From: Alphaproteobacteria bacterium UBA3635
GTDB taxonomy: Bacteria; Pseudomonadota; Alphaproteobacteria; Rs-D84
DNA: 64,000 nucleotides
Assembly (NCBI GenBank): GCA_002373935.1
Contig: DFKW01000003.1
Location: 10,498-74,497, forward strand
Direction: 5' to 3'
Shown here: positions 55,024 to 62,715 of the stretch, in pieces
Layout: every line of letters starts with the position of its first letter
Position numbering within the stretch: position 1 is the stretch's first letter
Program-made: the position numbers and the translations under genes
Notes under the pieces: generated by a model
What the model saw: only the letters and a program-made list of their open reading frames with translations
Told to the model about the DNA's origin: nothing
Database searches by the model: none

Positions 55024-55566
55024 TTAAAATTGAACTTTTGGTGCGCGCCGTTCGGCATCATCAATTTCAAACAATTTTTCAGATTTAATACCAAACATAT
55101 TTGCAATCAGATTTGTTGGAAATTGTTCTATCGCGGTATTTAATCCCATCACGACCGTATTGTAAAATTGACGAGTTGCCTGGATTTTATTTTCCGTATC
55201 CGTCAATTCCCGTTGCAATTCCAAGAAATTTTCATTGGCCTTTAAATTTGGATAACTTTCCGCCAACGCAAAAATATTTTTCAATGCCCCCGACAAAGCA
55301 TTTTCCGCCACGCCGCGTTCCGCCGCACCGGTTGCCGTCATCGCCGCATTACGCGCCGCAATCACCGCATTCAGGGTTTCTTTTTCGTGTTTTGCGGCAC
55401 CCTTGACACTTTCCAGTAAATTTGGAATCAAATCATACCGACGTTTTAATTGGGTATCAATTGTTGCCCACGCCTCGCGACATTGGTTCCGACGGGCAAT
55501 CAAACCATTATAAACGAACACAACATATAAAATCAAAACACCCAATATAATTAAAACCGTGGTCAT
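55024..55566 (-). CDS. lemA: LemA-family membrane protein
   Basis: The ATG at 55566 follows AAAGGAG. It has an N-terminal TM helix and a YNGLIARRNQCREAWATIDTQLKRRYDLIPNL motif. Confidence 0.85.
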   Translation of the reverse strand: MTTVLIILGVLILYVVFVYNGLIARRNQCREAWATIDTQLKRRYDLIPNLLESVKGAAKHEKETLNAVIAARNAAMTATGAAERGVAENALSGALKNIFALAESYPNLKANENFLELQRELTDTENKIQATRQFYNTVVMGLNTAIEQFPTNLIANMFGIKSEKLFEIDDAERRAPKVQF

Positions 55567-55633
55567 AAAAAACTCCTTTGTTATCATGAATAAATATAAT
55601 ATACGCCACATAAAAAATCAAGACATAGAAAAA

Positions 55634-55672
55634 CAAAAACCGTCCAATCCCCAAATTTTGGACGGTTTGTTT
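55634..55672. terminator. Bidirectional terminator downstream of the csp gene
   Basis: AAAAACCGTCCAA-TCCCCAAATT-TTGGACGGTTTGTTTTTT. Confidence 0.65.
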
Positions 55673-55690
55673 TTTAACGAATTTTTTGTT

Positions 55691-56044
55691 TTATTTTTTC
55701 CAAAACGCAAATCCGCGCTTTTTTTCCGTGTGTTCTTCGCGCGCCTCGCGATTTTTGCGTTCTTCGCGGGCACGACGGCGTTCGGCCTTGCGTTCTTGGA
55801 AACGCGCCGCCGATTCTTCATCGCGTTGCACGACCCGTATTGTTGTGACCGACAATTTACCATTACGTGGTTCCTCATCAAATTCGACAATATCATTTTC
55901 GTTCAAAAATTTAATTCCGGCATCTTTTAATGCAGAAGAATGAACAAAAACATCATCCGTATTTCCATCCGCGTTCGGCACATCCGGTGCAATAAAACCG
56001 AAACATTTTTTACCGTTATACCATTTAACCTTTCCTTGACGCAT
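55691..56044 (-). CDS. Cold-shock-domain protein with basic/acidic C-terminal tail
   Basis: The CSD is [15 protein letters not shown]...DVFVHSSAL. It is followed by an [24 protein letters not shown] tail. The ATG at 56044 follows AAAGGA. Confidence 0.85.
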   Translation of the reverse strand: MRQGKVKWYNGKKCFGFIAPDVPNADGNTDDVFVHSSALKDAGIKFLNENDIVEFDEEPRNGKLSVTTIRVVQRDEESAARFQERKAERRRAREERKNREAREEHTEKKRGFAFWKK

Positions 56045-56154
56045 AACCAATCCTTTCTTATGCTTGTTATGGTTTCGACGAAAACTAAAACGAAACCTTT
56101 ATTTTCATGTTAAAAAAATTTTACCTGGAACGCAAGCAAATATCCCCCGGGTTT

Positions 56155-57552
56155 TTATTCCACCACACGGTTATTTTTGTAATAACGTTGAACTTCCTTC
56201 ATAACAAAGTTAAACAAACGTCGGGGCATTGTATCATCCGGCACATTCCATTCAGATTGCGAATACGGCATTGCGGCAACCAATACAAAACGCGCCATAT
56301 ACAAGAAAATCTGATTTTCTTGTTCGCGGGTCAGTTTTGCCGGCACATGTGTCATATGGAAAATTTCGTTTTCCACGGCCAAAAACAATTTTGCACGAAT
56401 ATGCTCCATCAAACGCGCCGGATAATATAAATTACAATCTTTTGGGAAACCTTCGAACATGGAAATATCCCTGCCGCGCGAGTATAAAATATTCCACCCC
56501 ACCCGTTCGAATAAATCCGACAAACAATCCACAATCATCAGATTATATTGGCGCACCCCTTGTTCCATAAAATCACAAGATTCTTGCTGTTTATCCAAAT
56601 TTCCATCCGATTTACGAATTACCTCGTAATTTTCATGGGTGTGAATTTCGGCCTCGAAAAACTTGCGCACCTGGCAAATAATTTCCATCGGGACAACATT
56701 ACCATTTTTGCCAATATTCAAAATAATTTTCGCATCACGATAATTACGCGGATTTGTTATATCATAAAATTTATCACGAACCTCGATAATTCTGTCCGGC
56801 ATAACTTCTTGGATTCTTTCGATAAATGTGCGTGCCTGGGGGATTAAATCGAACAAGCATTTTATGCGCCACACATCCGCCAAACACCGATGCGGTGGTG
56901 TAATTTCATCCAAACGACGCACCAATTCCACCGCCAGTTTTTTATCCAAAGAATCCGCCAAATCCAACACAGTCGCCGCCGCATCGGTCACATATCGCGC
57001 GGCAAATTGTTCCCGGATACGCACTTCCAGATTATTCAACATTTGCGAATCAACATTTGTATTTAACACATCCCACACGACGGTCAAAACCGAATCTAAA
57101 AAACGCGTGTAATATTTACCGGTAATTTTATCAATCGCACGATTGACATCTTTTTGCGCACCAACAATAACCGTCACAATAGATGACACCGATAAATCAA
57201 TCTGGTATTTTTCAGGTGATGTAAAAAATTGGTTTCTCATTGGGTCCATATCTAAACGATGTTGCACCAAATAAGATTCCAGCGGATTAATATCCGCAAT
57301 TTTCATTTTTACATTTTTCCCAGAATTTGTTTTTTTATCATACGGCACAACCGCGGCCTTGGGCGCACCCAGGCATTTTCCCAAAACATGAAAAACCTCG
57401 CGCAACCAATCCATCCCATTGGAATACGCCAATTTCAAATAATCTGCCGCGTCCGCATTAATACGCCCCGACGCACGCGCCGCATCAATCACCGCCAAAT
57501 TTTCCGCATCCCGGGCGCGTGTCCGCGCCCACGCATCCATATTATCTGACAT
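56155..57552 (-). CDS. Hypothetical protein with a divergent RelA/SpoT-like nucleotidyltransferase-fold core (465 aa)
   Basis: The ATG at 57552 follows GGGGAAAG; a GTG at 57564 is an alternative start. Residues ~229-318 (LADVWRIKCLFDLI ... NYRDAKIILNI ... MEIICQVRKFFEAEIHTHENYEVIRK) parallel the DIAGIRI.C.F..DI / GYRS.H / EIQIRT......EH...YK motifs. Confidence 0.45.
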   Translation of the reverse strand: MSDNMDAWARTRARDAENLAVIDAARASGRINADAADYLKLAYSNGMDWLREVFHVLGKCLGAPKAAVVPYDKKTNSGKNVKMKIADINPLESYLVQHRLDMDPMRNQFFTSPEKYQIDLSVSSIVTVIVGAQKDVNRAIDKITGKYYTRFLDSVLTVVWDVLNTNVDSQMLNNLEVRIREQFAARYVTDAAATVLDLADSLDKKLAVELVRRLDEITPPHRCLADVWRIKCLFDLIPQARTFIERIQEVMPDRIIEVRDKFYDITNPRNYRDAKIILNIGKNGNVVPMEIICQVRKFFEAEIHTHENYEVIRKSDGNLDKQQESCDFMEQGVRQYNLMIVDCLSDLFERVGWNILYSRGRDISMFEGFPKDCNLYYPARLMEHIRAKLFLAVENEIFHMTHVPAKLTREQENQIFLYMARFVLVAAMPYSQSEWNVPDDTMPRRLFNFVMKEVQRYYKNNRVVE

Positions 57553-57571
57553 ATCTTTCCCCACGCATAAA

Positions 57572-59041
57572 TTATTTCATGATTGGGAACAAAACAACAT
57601 CACGTGCAGTTGGTTGATTAAATACAATCATTGCCAATCTGTCGATACCCATACCAACGCCTGAAATTGGTGGAAAACCATGTTCCATTGCGCGCACAAA
57701 ATCATTATCCGGATTAAACGCCTCTTCTTCGCCATTGGCGATATCTTTGGCCTGGTCTTCAAATGCCTTGGCTTGTTGGATTGGATTTACCAATTCAGAA
57801 TACCCCTTGCACAATTCGCCGCCACAAACCAACAACTGATACATATCCAAACTGCGAACATCTGCATCGCTGCGACGTGCCAAAGGCACCATATATGTTG
57901 GATAGTTATACAAAAATGTTGGTTGAATAATATTCACACGAATCTTGCGTTTATAAACATAATCCACCAAAGTCGCCAAAGAATTCAAATCTTCCAATTC
58001 GCTCATTGGGAACATACCCATATCAACCAATTTTTGACGCAACACATTAACATCATCAAAATCCAAAATATTGCATCCAAACAATTCGTTCATCTTGGCG
58101 GTATAGTCAATCATTTCATACGACGAGAAATCCAATTTTGTTCCTTGGTATTCAATCTGCAATGTGCCACGCGCATTAAGTATCAATTCTTGAACCAATT
58201 CCCAAGTAAATTGAATATTTTTTTTGTAATCCCAGTACGCCGCATACCATTCAATCATGGTAAATTCCTGCAAATGCATAGCATCCATACCCTCGTTACG
58301 GAAATCCTTGGCGACCTCGTACACTCTGTCAAAACCTGCGCCTATGGCCTGCTTCAAGAATAATTCTGGGGAAATACGCAACTGAAAATCTGCATTTAAT
58401 GCATTATGGTGTGTTGTGAACGGACGTGCCGCGGCACCGGACGCAATATTCTGCATAATCGGTGTTTCAATTTCCAAAAAGCCGTGTTTATTCATAAAAT
58501 CACGCAGGTTTTGCGTCATTTTGAATCGTCCAAACAAAGCCGCACGCGCATCAGGATTTGAAATAACATCCAAATAACGCTGACGATAGCGTGTTTCCAT
58601 ATCAGTCAAACCATGGTATTTTTCAGGCAACGGACGCAATGCCTTGGCCAAAATTTCATATTTTTCCACTTTGACGGTCAACTCACCCGCAGTTGTATGA
58701 TATAGTGTCCCCTCGATACCGATAAAATCGCCCATATCAACATTGGCCTTCATAAATTTATAATCTTCTTCGCCAACATCAGAACGCGACATAGAAAACT
58801 GAATTTCACCTTCAATATCATAGATACGACCAAACATCAATTTACCCAGCCACCGCAATGCCGTAATGCGTCCACACAATTTCACAGGTGTATCATCCGC
58901 CAATTCGCGAGCCTCGGCAATTCTGTGTGAACGTTCATATTTATCTTTCCACACAACACCGTCACGCATACGAATATTTTCCGCCTTTTGCAGACGCGCC
59001 TCTAATTCATTGGTAGATATGGTTGTATTATTTTCCGCCAT
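57572..59041 (-). CDS. lysS: Lysyl-tRNA synthetase (class II)
   Basis: 489 aa with an OB anticodon-binding N-domain. Class II motifs are FLEIETPIMQ and GAAARPF. Motif 3 is near GMGIDRLAM. Confidence 0.95.
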   Translation of the reverse strand: MAENNTTISTNELEARLQKAENIRMRDGVVWKDKYERSHRIAEARELADDTPVKLCGRITALRWLGKLMFGRIYDIEGEIQFSMSRSDVGEEDYKFMKANVDMGDFIGIEGTLYHTTAGELTVKVEKYEILAKALRPLPEKYHGLTDMETRYRQRYLDVISNPDARAALFGRFKMTQNLRDFMNKHGFLEIETPIMQNIASGAAARPFTTHHNALNADFQLRISPELFLKQAIGAGFDRVYEVAKDFRNEGMDAMHLQEFTMIEWYAAYWDYKKNIQFTWELVQELILNARGTLQIEYQGTKLDFSSYEMIDYTAKMNELFGCNILDFDDVNVLRQKLVDMGMFPMSELEDLNSLATLVDYVYKRKIRVNIIQPTFLYNYPTYMVPLARRSDADVRSLDMYQLLVCGGELCKGYSELVNPIQQAKAFEDQAKDIANGEEEAFNPDNDFVRAMEHGFPPISGVGMGIDRLAMIVFNQPTARDVVLFPIMK

Positions 59042-59073
59042 TTTGTTTTTCCCTTGGTTTTTTTTCAGTTACT

Positions 59074-59102
59074 AAAAACGGACGCCGAAAAAGTGCGTCC
59101 GT
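59074..59102 (-). terminator. Terminator-like hairpin inside the lysS leader (possible attenuator)
   Basis: The minus strand reads ACGGACGC-ACTTTTTCG-GCGTCCGT followed by TTTTT. It lies ~30 nt upstream of the lysS ATG. Confidence 0.5.
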
Positions 59103-59187
59103 TTCGAATTTTGGATCGCACCCGTTACAGTAAAAATTTTTTTATATTCAAAATCATATAAATTACTCTATCTCAGGTATCAACCCC

Positions 59188-59217
59188 ATTATTACCATCA
59201 AACACCCCATTTGTCAA
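59188..59217 (-). promoter_or_regulatory. Candidate sigma70-type promoter of lysS
   Basis: The minus strand reads TTGACA-N17-TAATAAT, about 145 nt upstream of the ATG. Confidence 0.5.
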
Positions 59218-59312
59218 AGGATAATTTGAAAATCTGCAACATTTATACAAAAAATCAGGACGCCATACTAATGACGTCCCAGCGATTAACAAAAACAAGA
59301 ATCAAATTATTT

Positions 59313-61256
59313 TTAGAACAATTTGAACTTATAATTTGTTCCGGCACGGAAAGACACTTGGTTTTTGTCACCCGTGGCAACACCGGCACCGGCATTAACG
59401 GACCAATTATCCGTCAATCCTAACGCGGCCCCAAACGCCATTGCAGATTGGTTGTTATAATATCCATAACCACCACCCACAGACATTTCGCCTTTCTTGA
59501 CATTTGATACTTCAACCGCGGATAACGCCGTCGCGGCAGCAACGCCACCAGACACATTTTTCTCCAACGAATCAACCTTGTTGTTCAAACCTGAAATCGC
59601 ATATGTGTTTGCATCAACTCGTTCACTCAAACCTTCGACCGCCGCCACAGACGCCGTATTGATATTATCAATCGCCGCTTGTAATGCGTTTTCGGCATTG
59701 GTTGCACGTTGAACCTCTGATTCAATACCATCGTTCAAAGATTGCAAGTTTGTTGCAACATCCGCATTTGATACATAATCGCCACTCAAATTACGTTTAT
59801 CACCAATTGCCGCATCCAACGCCAACAGATGATCTTCAACGGTTGTTCCGACAGCCAAGTTTCCATTATATGCCCGACCATTTGTTGTCTGCGTCGCATT
59901 TGCATCAGCTACCAACCCATGAATTGTTCCCATATTGTTCACCGTGGCATCATACCCAGAAACTTTATCAGCAGTAATACCAGAATCAATTGCCGCCAGT
60001 TGACCAGATGTCAAAACATTTTGTTTTGTATCCAACGCAGTATCAACCTCTGTTTTGGTGTATGTTGTTGCCGCATCTGCTTTATCATCCAACGCGGTTT
60101 TGATTGTTCCGCTGGCTACCGATGTATCAATTGCATCATTTGCGGCGGTTATCGCATCTGCCAACACTGCAGCATCTTTTTCATCTATACTTTTACCCAA
60201 AGAATTTTCGTAGTTATTATATTTAGCTACTTCCTGAGTATATATTGCTAAATCTGCAGCATAGGCACCTTGTGCTTCCGATAAGCTTCCAGCAGCAGCA
60301 GCTTGATTTGTCTGTGCTTCTGCAAAGCTTGTTTTATAATTACCATAATTAGTATTTAATGTGCTTTGAGTACTTGTATCAGATTCATAAACACCATGAA
60401 CGTTATTATAATGACCAAGGGCACTGTTATAATTAGTCGTATTTGTTGCGACAGCAGTATTGAACAATGTTGTGTCAGCAATCAAATCGGCAGATTTTGA
60501 TGAAACTTGTGCATCTGCGGCCGCAATATCCGTTGCATCCAACACAACATCGCCATCGTAATTATAAGAATACAAATGTGTAGATTCATTATAAACCAAA
60601 TCAAAGTTTCCTGTGCTACCATCATGTAAATCAACAGTAAAACCGTATTGGTCGATACTTGGTTTGTTTACTTCGTCGTTTCCGTTAACAGTGATTGCAC
60701 CTGTTGTTAAAGTAATATCATTATGGAAAGAACTCAATTCTGGTGCATCCGCTGTCAAAGCTGTTAATGCATCACCAGAGTTATCAAAGTTAGCCATATA
60801 TTGATAATTTCCTAAACCAACGGTTGTTGTGTTAGCTTCTAATGTTGTCAAATCAGTTGTACCATCAGCAACATCTATTGTTCCGGCTGCACCTGTAAAA
60901 TCGCTTGTTGTAAATCCAGTTGCATTATCACCTAAGTTAGTTGTTGCACCAGTATTGTCTGTATATGTGAATACTGTATTATCTAATGTTTCAGTACCAT
61001 CGTTTGTAGTTAATGCAATTTCAGCTGTTTCTGGATTATTATCATGGTCATATGTATATAACCCATATCCAGCTTCGGTGCTATAATCTGTTGTTCCTGC
61101 ATTAAAATCACCCATGCTGGTTGTATAATTCCCAGACGATTGCGCCATGTTAATACTTTCATTAATATCATTGATATCACTGGCAGAAATTGCGTTTGCA
61201 TTACCCGCCGTCGCAATCAATGCAACCAAAGAAGTTAAAACTAAATGTTTTTTCAT
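59313..61256 (-). CDS. Trimeric autotransporter adhesin (YadA-like C-terminal anchor)
   Basis: The ATG at 61256 follows AGGA. The signal peptide is MKKHLVLTSLVALIATAGNANA. The C-terminus (GGVAAATALSAVEV...GEMSVGGGYGYYNNQSAMAFGAALGLTDNWSVNAGAGV...FRAGTNYKFKLF) matches the YadA anchor pattern. Confidence 0.85.
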   Translation of the reverse strand: MKKHLVLTSLVALIATAGNANAISASDINDINESINMAQSSGNYTTSMGDFNAGTTDYSTEAGYGLYTYDHDNNPETAEIALTTNDGTETLDNTVFTYTDNTGATTNLGDNATGFTTSDFTGAAGTIDVADGTTDLTTLEANTTTVGLGNYQYMANFDNSGDALTALTADAPELSSFHNDITLTTGAITVNGNDEVNKPSIDQYGFTVDLHDGSTGNFDLVYNESTHLYSYNYDGDVVLDATDIAAADAQVSSKSADLIADTTLFNTAVATNTTNYNSALGHYNNVHGVYESDTSTQSTLNTNYGNYKTSFAEAQTNQAAAAGSLSEAQGAYAADLAIYTQEVAKYNNYENSLGKSIDEKDAAVLADAITAANDAIDTSVASGTIKTALDDKADAATTYTKTEVDTALDTKQNVLTSGQLAAIDSGITADKVSGYDATVNNMGTIHGLVADANATQTTNGRAYNGNLAVGTTVEDHLLALDAAIGDKRNLSGDYVSNADVATNLQSLNDGIESEVQRATNAENALQAAIDNINTASVAAVEGLSERVDANTYAISGLNNKVDSLEKNVSGGVAAATALSAVEVSNVKKGEMSVGGGYGYYNNQSAMAFGAALGLTDNWSVNAGAGVATGDKNQVSFRAGTNYKFKLF

Positions 61257-61321
61257 TTTTTTTCCTTTTTTATTCAACGTTAAATCGTAAAAAGGCCTTC
61301 CTTTTTAGGCACTGATATCAG

Positions 61322-61347
61322 TATAAAAAAACCTAGGTTTTGCGACC
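61322..61347. promoter_or_regulatory. hix/gix-like recombination site 1
   Basis: TATAAAAAAACC-TA-GGTTTTGCGACC. The core AAACC-NN-GGTTT is as in hixL (TTCTTGAAAACCAAGGTTTTTGATAA) and gix. Confidence 0.5.
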
Positions 61348-61432
61348 GGGTCTTTTGGACACCACAGGAATCATGAGTTGTTTATTGTTTTTACGAAAAA
61401 ATCATGGTTTGAAAAAAATTAAAAAAACTGGT

Positions 61433-61458
61433 TGATTTTTAACCTAGGTTTTTTTTCG
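61433..61458. promoter_or_regulatory. hix/gix-like recombination site 2
   Basis: TGATTTTTAACC-TA-GGTTTTTTTTCG, 111 bp from site 1. It abuts the -35 of the recombinase promoter. Confidence 0.5.
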
Positions 61459-61463
61459 ACCAC

Positions 61464-61492
61464 TTGACACAAGGAAAAAAACTACTATATAT
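61464..61492 (+). promoter_or_regulatory. Candidate promoter of the serine recombinase gene
   Basis: TTGACA-N17-ATATAT, about 70 nt upstream of the ATG at 61560. Confidence 0.5.
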
Positions 61493-61559
61493 CAGATAAT
61501 ATCAGGCATGGGCATAATTTTTGCACGGCCTGTTTTTTTATAAACACAAAGGAGATTTT

Positions 61560-62162
61560 ATGATTTATGGTTATTGCCGTGTTTCAACACAACATCAACA
61601 TGAAGAAAACCAACATTTTGTAATTGAAAATTTTGCCCAGGCAAACAATATACACATCGATACATGGGTCGAAGAAAAAATTTCCAGCAATAAAAAATTA
61701 TCTGAACGCAAATTAGGCACATTATTAAAAAAATTAAAAACCGGTGATATTTTAATCACAACTGAAATCTCCCGTCTGGGACGCAGTTTATTGGAAGTAA
61801 TGGGAATTTTACAAATGTGCCTGGAACAAGGATGCCAAGTTTGGACACTAAAAGAAAATTTCCGCCTGGGTGCCGATATTCAATCCAAGGTTTTGGCATT
61901 TGCATTTGGTTTGTCTGCGGAATTATCAAAACAACTGTTACAAGAACGCGTTCGCGAAAGTTTGGCCCGATTAAAAGCAAACGGAAAAAAACTGGGGCGA
62001 CCATGTGGCGCACAATCAAAAAAATTAAAACTATCTCGCAATAAAAAACGATTAAACAATTTGATAACTCGCGGAATCAGTAAAAATGAAATTGCTCGCA
62101 TAATGGGGGTTCATAAAACAACATTGTACAAATATCTGAACACATACGAACAAATATTATAA
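61560..62162 (+). CDS. Serine recombinase (Hin/Gin-type invertase/resolvase family)
   Basis: The ATG follows AAAGGAG. The catalytic motif is IYGYCRVSTQHQ. A further motif is ITTEISRLGRS. The C-terminal HTH is ISKNEIARIMGVHKTTLYKYL. 200 aa. Confidence 0.9.
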   Translation: MIYGYCRVSTQHQHEENQHFVIENFAQANNIHIDTWVEEKISSNKKLSERKLGTLLKKLKTGDILITTEISRLGRSLLEVMGILQMCLEQGCQVWTLKENFRLGADIQSKVLAFAFGLSAELSKQLLQERVRESLARLKANGKKLGRPCGAQSKKLKLSRNKKRLNNLITRGISKNEIARIMGVHKTTLYKYLNTYEQIL

Positions 62163-62189
62163 AAAAACGCCAATGAAAATTGGCGTTTT
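62161..62189. terminator. Bidirectional terminator
   Basis: AAAAAAACGCCAAT-GAAA-ATTGGCGTTTTGTTT. Confidence 0.7.
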
Positions 62190-62191
62190 GT

Positions 62192-62644
62192 TTATATTGC
62201 CGAATTCAGTGTATTTTTCTGATACGCGCCTAAAACATAATTTTCCAACGGCATGGCAACCAAGACCTGTAATACCAATGCCAACATGTAATTTCGCGGC
62301 AACGCGGTTAAATACTGCGCCCCCGACACAATGTTTGCACCAAAACTTTCCACAATTGGCGCAACAAAAGTCAAAATACCCGCCATCATCAAAACGCGAT
62401 ATAACGGTTGATATTTCCATGTATTATATTTTTGTGAAATCGCCATCGCAATTTTACCAATAATAAAGAAATCCAAACAAAACGCCGTCATAAAAATAAA
62501 CGGCAATGTCACCACCCATTTTTCCATTGTCAACGCACCATAAATCCATAAATTTATTGTCATCATCCCCATCGCCATAGTCAACCCGTTTGGCAATGAC
62601 ATAATCAGTTCTTCTTTGAAATTGCGTGGTGTATTAAATTTCAT
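62192..62644 (-). CDS. Hypothetical polytopic membrane protein (150 aa)
   Basis: Four predicted hydrophobic helices. No confident family assignment. Confidence 0.55.
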   Translation of the reverse strand: MKFNTPRNFKEELIMSLPNGLTMAMGMMTINLWIYGALTMEKWVVTLPFIFMTAFCLDFFIIGKIAMAISQKYNTWKYQPLYRVLMMAGILTFVAPIVESFGANIVSGAQYLTALPRNYMLALVLQVLVAMPLENYVLGAYQKNTLNSAI

Positions 62645-62662
62645 GCGTCCTCCGTTTTATAT

Positions 62663-62691
62663 AAAAATCCCGTTTCAACCAGTGAAACGGG
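62663..62691 (-). terminator. Rho-independent terminator downstream of the 62716 gene
   Basis: The minus strand reads CCCGTTTCA-CTGGT-TGAAACGGG followed by ATTTTT. Confidence 0.65.
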
Positions 62692-62715
62692 CAACATTTT
62701 AAATCAAAAAATTTT

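Noticed and set aside
59042-59217. Canonical T-box riboswitch upstream of lysS.
   Set aside because: The leader is only ~145 nt and has no recognisable T-box sequence (..GGGUGGUACCGCG) or Stem I features. It is kept only as a generic attenuator candidate.
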